The notes under the pieces are model-generated. The model saw nothing but the letters and a program-made list of their open reading frames with translations. It was not told the origin of the DNA and ran no database searches. From assembly GCF_009914755.1 (NCBI RefSeq), contig NC_060948.1: DNA of 64,000 bases; one strand, 5' to 3'. The stretch comes from the human T2T-CHM13v2.0 reference genome, Homo sapiens. Shown in pieces: positions 1 through 23,558 of this stretch. Each line of letters begins with the position of its first letter. Position 1 is the stretch's first letter. A program made the translations under genes and the position numbers.

Positions 1-1786
<1,786 letters not shown>

Positions 1787-2356
1787 AGATCCATATTTTT
1801 TAAATGAAAAAAAATTTCAAAGGTACTCTGCTTGGTACAATAATCAAATGTATAAACTGAGGAATGAAACATAACCATGAAACCTACTTATAACGGCATA
1901 TGGAAAATACAGAGGATAATTTTTTAAATAACATATTTTGAAAGCCTTAACTAGTAATTTGAAGAGTTGGCATTTGAAAGGCCAGTATGAATATACCTTC
2001 AAAGCAGCAACACAGGTTCCCCATGAGAAAAAGCAAACACAGGGAAAATAAAAACACAAAGGTTCAATCTCTTCTGACCTTTGAAAGACACAGCACAGAC
2101 AGTGGTCCTTAGGACGAAGAGCAGGAGACCCCTAATTCCGTCACCATGGCGATAGGGCATAAACATTGCTGGGTGAGGGCACAATCCACATTGTGAGGTC
2201 CAACTGCTGCCAGGAAGACAGGAGTGCTTTTACATAGACCGAAATGTCATTGAAGGCTCAGAGTTTTGTTTCAAGAACTGAATCCCAAGCCCACACGTTA
2301 TTAGGCTGCGCTTCTTAAAACAAGTTATGACATGGGAAAAAGGGCACCCACAAACA
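1787..2356. repeat. HSATI-type complex subunit; unit 1
   Basis: ~570 bp of non-low-complexity sequence between the Alu 5' end and the AT-rich block. Identity is inferred from known DYZ2 architecture and boundaries are approximate. Confidence 0.75.
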
Positions 2357-4206
<1,850 letters not shown>

Positions 4207-4776
4207 AGATCCATATTTTTTAAATGAAAAAAAATTTCAAAGGTACTCTGCTTGGTAGAATAATCAAATGTATAAACTGAGGAATAAAACATAACCATGA
4301 AACCTACTTATAACGGCATATGGAAAATACAGAGGATAATTTTTTAAATAACATATTTTGAAAGCCTTAACTAGTAATTTGAAGAGCTGGCATTTGAAAG
4401 GCCAGTATGAATATACCTTCAAAGCAGCAACACAGGTTCCCCATGAGAAAAAGCAAACACAGGGAAAATAAAAACACAAAGGTTCAATCTCTTCTGACCT
4501 TTGAAAGACACAGCACAGACAGTGGTCCTTAGGACGAAGAGCAGGAGACCCCTAATTCCGTCACCATGGCGATAGGGCATAAACACTGCTGGGTGAGGGC
4601 ACAATCCACATTGTGAGGTCCAACTGCTGCCAGGAAGACAGGAGTGCTTTTACATAGACCGAAAGGTCATTGAAGGCTCAGAGTTTTGTTTCAAGAACTG
4701 AATCCCAAGCCCACACGTTATTAGGCTGCGCATCTTAAAACAAGTTATGAGATGGGAAAAAGGGCACCCACAAACA
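4207..4776. repeat. HSATI-type subunit, unit 2
   Basis: Near-identical to 1787-2356. Confidence 0.75.
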
Positions 4777-6309
4777 TACGTATACATTATGTATATAATA
4801 ATATACAGTATCATATATATAATATATATAACCTATGTATAATATTGTTTTACATCCTGCATCTTGTTATATATATTGTATAAAATATAATAATTGATAA
4901 TATATAAGTTTTATATTTATACAATATGACATATAGTATATATTATAATTTATGACATATATAATATATGTTATATATCATATATAGAATATATTATACG
5001 GTTAATATACGTATTAAATATAAATTATACATTATATATATTATATATAATATATCTGTTATATATAATACCCATTATGCATGATATATATATTATGTCT
5101 ATGTTATATATAGTATAAAACAACATATAATAATATATAATTGTATATATAAAATGCGGCATATAATATATATTATATTTTATAACATATGTAATATATA
5201 TTATATATTATATATAATACGTTGTATGTATAATACCTATATTAAATATATATTATATGACTATGTTATTAATTACATGTCACATGTGTTATATATTATA
5301 TATTTTACATAGAATATACCGGTTACATACAATATATACTATGTTACCTATAATGTATAATTTATTACATGTAAAATAAAGAATGCAATATATTATGTAT
5401 AATTTATAATATACAATATGTGGAATGTGATATATATAACATATAATATATGATATATGATATACAGTATATGATATATAACATACAATATATGATTCCT
5501 AATATATATGGTATACAATATATATTTTATGACATGTATTCTATATGTTTTATATTCTGTTATATATAACTATTTGAAATTATATATAACTGTATAATAT
5601 TTTATGTAAATATGTAATATAATATATATAACTATATAATATATTATAGATAACTATATATTATGTTATATATACTTTTATAACATAATTTACATCAAAT
5701 ATCATAATATAATATATATTATATTATTTCATATTACATAATATATATTACATATCACCCAATATAACTAACATACATAATATTATAATATAGATTATAT
5801 TATGTTATATTAAATATCATATATATCATGTATCATATATTCTATAATATATATTACACATTATATAATATGTATGTTGTCTATTATGTGATATATATAA
5901 CTCTATATATAATTATATTATTATACATATAACTAGATAAACATGTAATTCTACATATTTTCATTTATAATATGTAGAATTATATAATCATATATAATTA
6001 TTTATATTCTATAAAAAATTTTATCATTATATAAATTATAATATATAAAAATTATAATATGTACTACAAATATATATATTATATATCATATATGATATAG
6101 TACCTTTGTTATATATCATAATACATATAAATGTGTATTAAGTTATCTATAATTATATAATTTCATATATAAGATGTATAATATGTATCATATATTATAT
6201 ATGTTATGTAATATATATAGTATATATAAGATGACACAGGATAAATATTATATACTATGACATATAAAATATATGAGGTTATATGTTACATATAAGGCAT
6301 AGCACATAA

Positions 6310-6624
<315 letters not shown>

Positions 6625-7194
6625 AGATCCATATTTTGTAAATGAAAAAAAATTTCAAAGGTACTCTGCTTGGTACAATAATCAAATGTATAAACTGAGG
6701 AATGAAACATAACCATGAAACCTACTTATAACTGCATATGGAAAATACAGAGGATAATTTTTTAAATAACATATTTTGAAAGCCTTAACTAGTAATTTGA
6801 AGAGTTGGCATTTGAAAGGCCAGTATGAATATACCTTCAAAGCAGCAACACAGGTTCCCCATGAGAAAAAGCAAACACAGGGAAAATAAAAACACAAAGG
6901 TTCAATCTCTTCTGACCTTTGAAAGACACAGCACAGACAGTGGTCCTTAGGACGAAGAGCAGGAGACCCCTAATTCCGTCACCATGGCGATAGGGCATAA
7001 ACATTGCTGGGTGAGGGCACAATCCACATTGTGAGGTCCAACTGCTGCCAGGAAGACAGGAGTGCTTTTACATAGACCGAAAGGTCATTGAAGGCTCAGA
7101 GTTTTGTTTCAAGAACTGAATCCCAAGCCCACACGTTATTAGGCTGCGCTTCTTAAAACAAGTTATGAGATGGGAAAAAGGGCACCCACAAACA
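6625..7194. repeat. HSATI-type subunit, unit 3
   Basis: Near-identical to 1787-2356. Confidence 0.75.
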
Positions 7195-8729
7195 TACGTA
7201 TACATTATGTATATAATAATATACAGTATCATATATATAATATATATAACCTATGTATAATATTGTTTTACATCCTGCATCTTATGTTATATATATTGTA
7301 TAAAATATAATAATTGATAATATATAAGTTTTATATTTATACAATATGACATATAGTATATATTATAATTTATGACATATATAATATATGTTATATGTCA
7401 TATATAGAATATATTATACGGTTAATATACGTATTAAATATAAATTATACATTATATATATTATATATAATATATCTGTTATATATAATACCCATTATGC
7501 ATAATATATATATTATGTCTATGTTATATATAGTATAAAACAACATATAATAATATATAATTGTATATATAAAATGCGACATATAATATATATTATATTT
7601 TATAACATATGTAATATATATTATATATTATATATAATACGTTGTATGTATAATACCTATATTAAATATATATTATATGACTATGTTATTAATTACATGT
7701 CACATGTCTTATATATTATATATTTTACATAGAATATACCGGTTACATACAATATATACTATGTTACCTATAATGTATAATTTATTACATGTAAAATAAA
7801 GAATGCAATATATTATGTATAATTTATAATATACAATATGTGGAATATGATATATATAACATATAATATATGATATATGATATACAGTACATGATATATA
7901 ACATACAATATATGATTCCTAATATATATGGTATACAATATATATTTTATGACATGTATTCTATATGTTTTATATTCTGTTATATATAACTATTTGAAAT
8001 TATATATAACTGTATAATATTTTATGTAAATATGTAATATAATATATATAACTATATAATATATTATAGATAACTATATATTATGTTATATATACTTTTA
8101 TAATATAATTTACATAAAATATCATAATATAATATATATTATATTATTTCATATTACATAATATATATTACATATCACCCAATATAACTAACATACATAA
8201 TATTATAATATAGATTATATTATGTTATATTAAATATCATATATATCATGTATCATATATTCTATAATATATATTACACATTATATAATATGTATGTTGT
8301 CTACTATGTGATATATATAACTCTATATATAATTATATTATTATACATATAACTAGATAAACATGTAATTCTACATATTTTCATTTATAATATGTAGAAT
8401 TATATAATCATATATAATTATTTATATTCTATAAAAAATTTTATCATTCTATAAATTATAATATATAAAAATTATCATATGTACTACAAATATATATATT
8501 GTATATCATATATGATATAGTACCTTTGTTATATATCATAATACATATAAATGTGTATTATGTTATCTATAATTATATAATTTCATATATAAGATGTATA
8601 ATATGTATCATATATTATATATGGTATGTAATATATATAGTATATATAAGATGACACAGGATAAATATTATATACTATGACATATAAAATATATGAGGTT
8701 ATATGTTACATATAAGGCATAGCACATAA

Positions 8730-9044
<315 letters not shown>

Positions 9045-9614
9045 AGATCCATATTTTTTAAATGAAAAAAAATTTCAAAGGTACTCTGCTTGGTAGAACA
9101 ATCAAATGTATAAACTGAGGAATAAAACATAACCATGAAACCTACTTATAACTGCATATGGAAAATACAGAGGATAATTTTTTAAATAACATATTTTGAA
9201 AGCCTTAACTAGTAATTTGAAGAGCTGGCATTTGAAAGGCCAGTATGAATATACCTTCAAAGCAGCAACACAGGTTCCCCATGAGAAAAAGCAAACACAG
9301 GGAAAATAAAAACACAAAGGTTCAATCTCTTCTGACCTTTGAAAGACACAGCACAGACAGTGGTCCTTAGGACGAAGAGCAGGAGACCCCTAATTCCGTC
9401 ACCATGGCGATAGGGCATAAACATTGCTGGGTGAGGGCACAATCCACATTGTGAGGTCCAACTGCTGCCAGGAAGACAGGAGTGCTTTTACATAGACCGA
9501 AAGGTCATTGAAGGCTCAGAGTTTTGTTTCAAGAACTGAATCCCAAGCCCACACGTTATTAGGCTGCGCTTCTTAAAACAAGTTATGAGATGGGAAAAAG
9601 GGCACCCACAAACA
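9045..9614. repeat. HSATI-type subunit, unit 4
   Basis: Near-identical to 1787-2356. Confidence 0.75.
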
Positions 9615-11146
9615 TACGTATACATTATGTATATAATAATATACAGTATCATATATATAATATATATAACCTATGTATAATATTGTTTTACATCCTGCAT
9701 CTTATGTTATATATATTGTATAAAATATAATAATTGATAATATATAAGTTTTATATTTATACAATATGACATATAGTATATATTATAATTTATGACATAT
9801 ATAATATATGTTATATATCATATATAGAATATATTATACGGTTAATATACGTATTAAATATAAATTATACATTATATATATTATATATAATATATCTGTT
9901 ATATATAATACCCATTATGCATAATATATATATTATGTCTATGTTATATATTGTATAAAACAACAGATAATAATATATAATTGTATATATAAAATGCGAC
10001 ATATAATATATATTATATTTTATAACAAATGTAATATATATTATATATTATATATAATACGTTGTATGTATAATACCTATATTAAATATATATTATATGA
10101 CTATGTTATTAATTACATGTCACATGTGTTATATATTATATATTTTACATAGAATATACCGGTTACATACAATATATACTATGTTACCTATAATGTATAA
10201 TTTATTACATGTAAAATAAAGAATGCAATATATTATGTATAATTTATAATATACAATATGTGGAATGTGATATATATAACATATAATATATGATATATGA
10301 TATACAGTATATGATATATAACATACAATATATGATTCCTAATATATATGGTATACAATATATATTTTATGACATGTATTCTATATGTTTTATATTCTGT
10401 TATATATAACTATTTGAAATTATATATAACTGTATAATATTTTATGTAAATATGTAATATAATATATATAACTATATAATATATTATAGATAACTATATA
10501 TTATGTTATATATACTTTTACAACATAATTTACATAAAATATCATAATATAATATATATTATATTATTTCATATTACATAATATATATTACATATCACAC
10601 AATATAACTAACATACATAATATTATAAAGAGATTATATTATGTTATATTAAATATCATATATCATGTATCATATATTCTATAATATATATTACACATTA
10701 TATAATATGTATGTTATCTATTATGTGATATATATAACTCTATATATAATTATATTATTATACATATAACTAGATAAACATGTAATTCTACATATTTTCA
10801 TTTATAATATGTAGAATTATATAATCATATATAATTATTTATATTCTATAAAAAATTTTATCATTATATAAATTATAATATATAAAAATTATAATATGTA
10901 CTACAAATATATATATTATATATCATATATGATATAGTACCTTTGTTATATATCATAATACATATAAATGTGTATTATGTTATCTATAATTATATAATTT
11001 CATATATAAGATGTATAATATGTATCATATATTATATATGTTATGTAATATATATAGTATATATCAGATGACACAGGATAAATATTATATACTATGACAT
11101 ATAAAATATATGAGGTTATATGTTACATATAAGGCATAGCACATAA

Positions 11147-11461
<315 letters not shown>

Positions 11462-12031
11462 AGATCCATATTTTTTAAATGAAAAAAAATTTCAAAGGTA
11501 CTCTGCTTGGTACAATAATCAAATGTATAAACTGAGGAATGAAACATAACCATGAAACCTACTTATAACTGCATATGGAAAATACAGAGGATAATTTTTT
11601 AAATAACATATTTTGAAAGCCTTAACTAGTAATTTGAAGAGCTGGCATTTGAAAGGCCAGTATGAATATACCTTCAAAGCAGCAACACAGGTTCCCCATG
11701 AGAAAAAGCAAACACAGGGAAAATAAAAACACAAAGGTTCAATCTCTTCTGACCTTTGAAAGACACAGCACAGACAGTGGTCCTTAGGACGAAGAGCAGG
11801 AGACCCCTAATTCCGTCACCATGGCGATAGGGCATAAACATTGCTGGGTGAGGGCACAATCCACATTGTGAGGTCCAACTGCTGCCAGGAAGACAGGAGT
11901 GCTTTTACATAGACCGAAAGGTCATTGAAGGCTCAGAGTTTTGTTTCAAGAACTGAATCCCAAGCCCACACGTTATTAGGCTGCGCTTCTTAAAACAAGT
12001 TATGAGATGGGAAAAAGGGCACCCACAAACA
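11462..12031. repeat. HSATI-type subunit, unit 5
   Basis: Near-identical to 1787-2356. Confidence 0.75.
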
Positions 12032-13564
12032 TACGTATACATTATGTATATAATAATATACAGTATCATATATATAATATATATAACCTATGTATAATAT
12101 TGTTTTACATCCTGCATCTTGTTATATATATTGTATAAAATATAATAATTGATAATATATAAGTTTTATATTTATACAATATGACATATAGTATATATTA
12201 TAATTTATGACATATATAATATATGTTATATATCATATATAGAATATATTATACGGTTAATATACGTATTAAATATAAATTATACATTATATATATTATA
12301 TATAATATATCTGTTATATATAATACCCATTATGCATGATATATATATTATGTCTATGTTATATATAGTATAAAACAACATATAATAATATATAATTGTA
12401 TATATAAAATGCGACATATAATATATATTATATTTTATAACATATGTAATATATATTATATATTATATATAATACGTTGTATGTATAATACCTATATTAA
12501 ATATATATTATATGACTATGTTATTAATTACATGTCACATGTGTTATATATTATATATTTTACATAGAATATACCGGTTCCATACAATATATACTATGTT
12601 ACCTATAATGTATAATTTATTACATGTAAAATAAAGAATGCAATATATTATGTATAATTTATAATATACAATATGTGGAATGTGATATATATAACATATA
12701 ATATATGATATATGATATACAGTATATGATATATAACATACAATATATGATTCCTAATATATAAGGTATACAATATATATTTTATGATATGTATTCTATA
12801 TGTTTTATATTCTGTTATATATAACTATTTGAAATTATATATAACTGTATAATATTTTATGTAAATATGTAATATAATATATATAACTATATAATATATT
12901 ATAGATAACTATATATTATGTTATATATACTTTTATAACATAATTTACATAAAATATCATAATATAATATATATTATATTATTTCATATTACATAATATA
13001 TATTAGATATCACCCAATATAACTAACATACATAATATTATAATATAGATTATATTATGTTATATTAAATATCATATATATCATGTATCATATATTCTAT
13101 AATATATATTACACATTATATAATATGTATGTTGTCTATTATGTGATATATATAACTATATATATAATTATATTTTTATACATATAACTAGATAAACATG
13201 TAATTCTACATATTTTCATTTATAATATGTAGAATTATATAATCATATATAATTATTTATATTCTATAAAAAATTTTATCATTTTATAAATTATAATATA
13301 TAAAAATTATCATATGTACTACAAATATATATATTATATATCATATATGATATAGTACCTTTGTTATATATCATAATACATATAAATGTGTATTATGTTA
13401 TCTATAATTATATAATTTCATATATAAGATGAATAATATGTATCATATATTATATAAGTTATGTAATATATATAGTATATATAAGATGACACAGGATAAA
13501 TATTATATACTATGACATATAAAATATATGAGGTTATATGTTACATATAAGGCATAGCACATAA

Positions 13565-13879
<315 letters not shown>

Positions 13880-14449
13880 AGATCCATATTTTTTAAATGA
13901 AAAAAAATTTCAAAGGTACTCTGCTTGGTACAATAATCTAATGTATAAACTGAGGAATAAAACATAACCATGAAACCTACTTATAACTGCATATGGAAAA
14001 TACAGAGGATAATTTTTTAAATAACATATTTTGAAAGCCTTAACTAGTAATTTGAAGAGTTGGCATTTGAAAGGCCAGTATGAATATACCTTCAAAGCAG
14101 CAACACAGGTTCCCCATGAGAAAAAGCAAACACAGGGAAAATAAAAACACAAAGGTTCAATCTCTTCTGACCTTTGAAAGACACAGCACAGACAGTGGTC
14201 CTTAGGACGAAGAGCAGGAGACCCCTAATTCCGTCACCATGGCGATAGGGCATAAACATTGCTGGGTGAGGGCACAATCCACATTGTGAGGTCCAACTGC
14301 TGCCAGGAAGACAGGAGTGCTTTTACATAGACCGAAAGGTCATTGAAGGCTCAGAGTTTTGTTTCAAGAACTGAATCCCAAGCCCACACGTTATTAGGCT
14401 GCGCTTCTTAAAACAAGTTATGAGATGGGAAAAAGGGCACCCACAAACA
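13880..14449. repeat. HSATI-type subunit, unit 6
   Basis: Near-identical to 1787-2356. Confidence 0.75.
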
Positions 14450-15983
14450 TACGTATACATTATGTATATAATAATATACAGTGTCATATATATAATATAT
14501 ATAACCTATGTATAATATTGTTTTACATCCTGCATCTTATGTTATATATATTGTATAAAATATAATAATTGATAATATATAAGTTTTATATTTATACAAT
14601 ATGACATATAGTATATATTATAATTTATGACATATATAATATATGTTATATATCATATATACAATATATTATACGGTTAATATACGTATTAAATATAAAT
14701 TATACATTATATATATTATATATAATATATCTGTTATATATAATACCCATTATGCATGATATATATATTATGTCTATGTTATATATAGTATAAAACAACA
14801 TATAATAATATATAATTGTATATATAAAATGCGACATATAATATATATTATATTTTATAACATATGTAATATATATTATATATTATATATAATACGTTGT
14901 ATGTATAATACCTATATTAAATATATATTATATGACTATGTTATTAATTACATGTCACATGTGTTATATATTATATATTTTACATAGAATATACCGGTTA
15001 CATACAATATATACTATGTTACCTATAATGTATAATTTATTACATGTAAAATAAAGAATGCAATATATTATGTATAATTTATAGTATACCATATGTGGAA
15101 TGTGATATATATAACATATAATATATGATATATGATATACAGTATATGATATATAACATACAATATATGATTCCTAATATATATGGTATACAATATATAT
15201 TTTATGATATGTATTCTATATGTTTTATATTCTGTTATATATAACTATTTGAAATTATATATAACTGTATAATATTTTATGTAAATATGTAATATAATAT
15301 ATATAACTATATAATATATTATATATAACTATATATTATGTTATATATACTTTTATAACATAATTTACATAAAATATCATAATATAATATATATTATATT
15401 ATTTCATATTACATAATATATATTACATATCACCCAATATAAGTAACATACATAATATTATAAAGAGATTATATTATGTTATATTAAATATCATATATGT
15501 CATGTATCATATATTCTATAATATATATTACACATTATATAATATGTATGTTGTCTATTATGTGATATATATAACTCTATATATAATTATATTATTATAC
15601 ATATAACTAGATAAACATGTAATTCTACATATTTTCATTTATAATATGTAGAATTATATAATCATATATAATTATTTATATTCTATAAAAAATTTTATCA
15701 TTATATAAATTATAATATATAAAAATTATAATATGTACTACAAATATATATATTATATATCATATCTGATATAGTACCTTTGTTATATATCATAATACAT
15801 ATAAATGTGTATTATGTTATCTATAATTATATAATTTCATATATAAGATGTATAATATGTATCATATATTATATATGTTATGTAATATATATAGTATATA
15901 TAAGATGACACAGGATAAATATTATATACTATGACATATAAAATATATGAGGTTATATGTTACATATAAGGCATAGCACATAA

Positions 15984-16298
<315 letters not shown>

Positions 16299-16868
16299 AG
16301 ATCCATATTTTTTAAATGAAAAAAAATTTCAAAGGTACTCTGCTTGGTACAATAATCTAATGTATAAACTGAGGAATAAAACATAACCATGAAACCTACT
16401 TATAACTGCATATGGAAAATACAGAGGATAATTTTTTAAATAACATATTTTGAAAGCCTTAACTAGTAATTTGAAGAGTTGGCATTTGAAAGGCCAGTAT
16501 GAATATACCTTCAAAGCAGCAACACAGGTTCCCCATGAGAAAAAGCAAACACAGGGAAAATAAAAACACAAAGGTTCAATCTCTTCTGACCTTTGAAAGA
16601 CACAGCACAGACAGTGGTCCTTAGGACGAAGAGCAGGAGACCCCTAATTCCGTCACCATGGCGATAGGGCATAAACATTGCTGGGTGAGGGCACAATCCA
16701 CATTGTGAGGTCCAACTGCTGCCAGGAAGACAGGAGTGCTTTTACATAGACCGAAAGGTCATTGAAGGCTCAGAGTTTTGTTTCAAGAACTGAATCCCAA
16801 GCCCACACGTTATTAGGCTGCGCTTCTTAAAACAAGTTATGAGATGGGAAAAAGGGCACCCACAAACA
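16299..16868. repeat. HSATI-type subunit, unit 7
   Basis: Near-identical to 1787-2356. Confidence 0.75.
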
Positions 16869-18402
16869 TACGTATACATTATGTATATAATAATATACAG
16901 TGTCATATATATAATATATATAACCTATGTATAATATTGTTTTACATCCTGCATCTTATGTTATATATATTGTATAAAATATAATAATTGATAATATATA
17001 AGTTTTATATTTATACAATATGACATATAGTATATATTATAATTTATGACATATATAATATATGTTATATATCATATATACAATATATTATACGGTTAAT
17101 ATACGTATTAAATATAAATTATACATTATATATATTATATATAATATATCTGTTATATATAATACCCATTATGCATGATATATATATTATGTCTATGTTA
17201 TATATAGTATAAAACAACATATAATAATATATAATTGTATATATAAAATGCGACATATAATATATATTATATTTTATAACATATGTAATATATATTATAT
17301 ATTATATATAATACGTTGTATGTATAATACCTATATTAAATATATATTATATGACTATGTTATTAATTACATGTCACATGTGTTATATATTATATATTTT
17401 ACATAGAATATACCGGTTACATACAATATATACTATGTTACCTATAATGTATAATTTATTACATGTAAAATAAAGAATGCAATATATTATGTATAATTTA
17501 TAGTATACCATATGTGGAATGTGATATATATAACATATAATATATGATATATGATATACAGTATATGATATATAACATACAATATATGATTCCTAATATA
17601 TATGGTATACAATATATATTTTATGATATGTATTCTATATGTTTTATATTCTGTTATATATAACTATTTGAAATTATATATAACTGTATAATATTTTATG
17701 TAAATATGTAATATAATATATATAACTATATAATATATTATATATAACTATATATTATGTTATATATACTTTTATAACATAATTTACATAAAATATCATA
17801 ATATAATATATATTATATTATTTCATATTACATAATATATATTACATATCACCCAATATAAGTAACATACATAATATTATAAAGAGATTATATTATGTTA
17901 TATTAAATATCATATATGTCATGTATCATATATTCTATAATATATATTACACATTATATAATATGTATGTTGTCTATTATGTGATATATATAACTCTATA
18001 TATAATTATATTATTATACATATAACTAGATAAACATGTAATTCTACATATTTTCATTTATAATATGTAGAATTATATAATCATATATAATTATTTATAT
18101 TCTATAAAAAATTTTATCATTATATAAATTATAATATATAAAAATTATAATATGTACTACAAATATATATATTATATATCATATCTGATATAGTACCTTT
18201 GTTATATATCATAATACATATAAATGTGTATTATGTTATCTATAATTATATAATTTCATATATAAGATGTATAATATGTATCATATATTATATATGTTAT
18301 GTAATATATATAGTATATATAAGATGACACAGGATAAATATTATATACTATGACATATAAAATATATGAGGTTATATGTTACATATAAGGCATAGCACAT
18401 AA

Positions 18403-18717
<315 letters not shown>

Positions 18718-19287
18718 AGATCCATATTTTTTAAATGAAAAAAAATTTCAAAGGTACTCTGCTTGGTACAATAATCTAATGTATAAACTGAGGAATAAAA
18801 CATAACCATGAAACCTACTTATAACTGCATATGGAAAATACAGAGGATAATTTTTTAAATAACATATTTTGAAAGCCTTAACTAGTAATTTGAAGAGTTG
18901 GCATTTGAAAGGCCAGTATGAATATACCTTCAAAGCAGCAACACAGGTTCCCCATGAGAAAAAGCAAACACAGGGAAAATAAAAACACAAAGGTTCAATC
19001 TCTTCTGACCTTTGAAAGACACAGCACAGACAGTGGTCCTTAGGACGAAGAGCAGGAGACCCCTAATTCCGTCACCATGGCGATAGGGCATAAACATTGC
19101 TGGGTGAGGGCACAATCCACATTGTGAGGTCCAACTGCTGCCAGGAAGACAGGAGTGCTTTTACATAGACCGAAAGGTCATTGAAGGCTCAGAGTTTTGT
19201 TTCAAGAACTGAATCCCAAGCCCACACGTTATTAGGCTGCGCTTCTTAAAACAAGTTATGAGATGGGAAAAAGGGCACCCACAAACA
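18718..19287. repeat. HSATI-type subunit, unit 8
   Basis: Near-identical to 1787-2356. Confidence 0.75.
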
Positions 19288-20821
19288 TACGTATACATTA
19301 TGTATATAATAATATACAGTGTCATATATATAATATATATAACCTATGTATAATATTGTTTTACATCCTGCATCTTATGTTATATATATTGTATAAAATA
19401 TAATAATTGATAATATATAAGTTTTATATTTATACAATATGACATATAGTATATATTATAATTTATGACATATATAATATATGTTATATATCATATATAC
19501 AATATATTATACGGTTAATATACGTATTAAATATAAATTATACATTATATATATTATATATAATATATCTGTTATATATAATACCCATTATGCATGATAT
19601 ATATATTATGTCTATGTTATATATAGTATAAAACAACATATAATAATATATAATTGTATATATAAAATGCGACATATAATATATATTATATTTTATAACA
19701 TATGTAATATATATTATATATTATATATAATACGTTGTATGTATAATACCTATATTAAATATATATTATATGACTATGTTATTAATTACATGTCACATGT
19801 GTTATATATTATATATTTTACATAGAATATACCGGTTACATACAATATATACTATGTTACCTATAATGTATAATTTATTACATGTAAAATAAAGAATGCA
19901 ATATATTATGTATAATTTATAGTATACCATATGTGGAATGTGATATATATAACATATAATATATGATATATGATATACAGTATATGATATATAACATACA
20001 ATATATGATTCCTAATATATATGGTATACAATATATATTTTATGATATGTATTCTATATGTTTTATATTCTGTTATATATAACTATTTGAAATTATATAT
20101 AACTGTATAATATTTTATGTAAATATGTAATATAATATATATAACTATATAATATATTATATATAACTATATATTATGTTATATATACTTTTATAACATA
20201 ATTTACATAAAATATCATAATATAATATATATTATATTATTTCATATTACATAATATATATTACATATCACCCAATATAAGTAACATACATAATATTATA
20301 AAGAGATTATATTATGTTATATTAAATATCATATATGTCATGTATCATATATTCTATAATATATATTACACATTATATAATATGTATGTTGTCTATTATG
20401 TGATATATATAACTCTATATATAATTATATTATTATACATATAACTAGATAAACATGTAATTCTACATATTTTCATTTATAATATGTAGAATTATATAAT
20501 CATATATAATTATTTATATTCTATAAAAAATTTTATCATTATATAAATTATAATATATAAAAATTATAATATGTACTACAAATATATATATTATATATCA
20601 TATCTGATATAGTACCTTTGTTATATATCATAATACATATAAATGTGTATTATGTTATCTATAATTATATAATTTCATATATAAGATGTATAATATGTAT
20701 CATATATTATATATGTTATGTAATATATATAGTATATATAAGATGACACAGGATAAATATTATATACTATGACATATAAAATATATGAGGTTATAGGTTA
20801 CATATAAGGCATAGCACATAA

Positions 20822-21136
<315 letters not shown>

Positions 21137-21706
21137 AGATCCATATTTTTTAAATGAAAAAAAATTTCAAAGGTACTCTGCTTGGTACAATAATCAAATG
21201 TATAAACTGAGGAATGAAACATAACCATGAAACCTACTTATAACTGCATATGGAAAATACAGAGGATAATTTTTTAAATAACATATTTTGAAAGCCTTAA
21301 CTAGTAATTTGAAGAGTTGGCATTTGAAAGGCCAGTATGAATATACCTTCAAAGCAGCAACACAGGTTCCCCATGAGAAAAAGCAAACACAGGGAAAATA
21401 AAAACACAAAGGTTCAATCTCTTCTGACCTTTGAAAGACACAGCACAGACAGTGGTCCTTAGGACGAAGAGCAGGAGACCCCTAATTCCGTCACCATGGC
21501 GATAGGGCATAAACATTGCTGGGTGAGGGCACAATCCACATTGTGAGGTCCAACTGCTGCCAGGAAGACAGGAGTGCTTTTACATAGACCGAAAGGTCAT
21601 TGAAGGCTCAGAGTTTTGTTTCAAGAACTGAATCCCAAGCCCACACGTTATTAGGCTGCGCTTCTTAAAACAAGTTATGAGATGGGAAAAAGGGCACCCA
21701 GAAACA
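21137..21706. repeat. HSATI-type subunit, unit 9
   Basis: Near-identical to 1787-2356. Confidence 0.75.
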
Positions 21707-23243
21707 TACGTATACATTATGTATATAATAATATACAGTATCATATATATAATATATATAACCTATGTATAATATTGTTTTACATCCTGCATCTTATGTT
21801 ATATATATTGTATAAAATATAATAATTGATAATATATAAGTTTTATATTTATACAATATGACATATAGTATATATTATAATTTATGACATATATAATATA
21901 TGTTATATGTCATATATAGAATATATTATACGGTTAATATACGTATTAAATATAAATTATACATTATATATATTATATATAATATATCTGTTATATATAA
22001 TACCCATTATGCATAATATATATATTATGTCTATGTTATATATAGTATAAAACAACATATAATAATATATAATTGTATATATAAAATGCGACATATAATA
22101 TATATTATATTTTATAACATATGTAATATATATTATATATTATATATAATACGTTGTATGTATAATACCTATATTAAATATATATTATATGACTATGTTA
22201 TTAATTACATGTCACATGTCTTATATATTATATATTTTACATAGAATATACCGCTTACATACAATATATACTATGTTACCTATAATGTATAATTTATTAC
22301 ATGTAAAATAAAGAATGCAATATATTATGTATAATTTATAATATACCATATGTGGAATGTGATATATATAACATATAATATATGATATATGATATACAGT
22401 GTATGATATATAACATACAATATATGATTCCTAATATATATGGTATACAATATATATTTTATGATATGTATTCTATATGTTTTATATTCTGTTATATATA
22501 ACTATTTGAAATTATATATAACTGTATAATATTTTATGTAAATATGTAATATAATATATATAACTATATAATATATTTTATATAACTATATATTATGTTA
22601 TATATACTTTTCTAACATAGTTTACATAAAATATCATAACATAATATATATTATATTATTTCATATTACATAATATATATTACATATCACCCAATATAAC
22701 TAACATACATAATATTATAATATAGATTATATTATGTTATATTAAATATCATATATATCATGTATCATATATTCTATAATATATATTACACATTATATAA
22801 TATGTATGTTGTCTATTATGTGATATATATAACTATATTTATAATTATATTTTTATACATATAACTAGATAAACATGTAATTCTACATATTTTCATTTAT
22901 AATATGTAGAATTATATAATCATATATAATTATTTATATTCTATAAAAAATTTTATCATTATATAAATTATAATATATAAAAATTATAATATGTACTACA
23001 AATATATATATATTATATATCATATATGATATAGTACCTTTGTTATATATCATAATACATATACATGTGTATTATGTTATCTATAATTATATAATTTCAT
23101 ATATAAGATGTATAATATGTATCATATATTATATATGTTATGTAATATATATAGTATATATAAGATGACACAGGATAAATATTATATACTATGACATATA
23201 AAATATATGAGGTTATATGTTACATATAAGGCATAGCACATAA

Positions 23244-23558
<315 letters not shown>

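Noticed and set aside
1844-2184. Recurring 71 aa and 61 aa minus-strand ORFs in every unit
   Set aside because: They are short, overlapping, Phe/Cys/Leu-biased as expected from a T-rich strand, and resemble no protein family I recognise. Their conservation only reflects repeat homogeneity.
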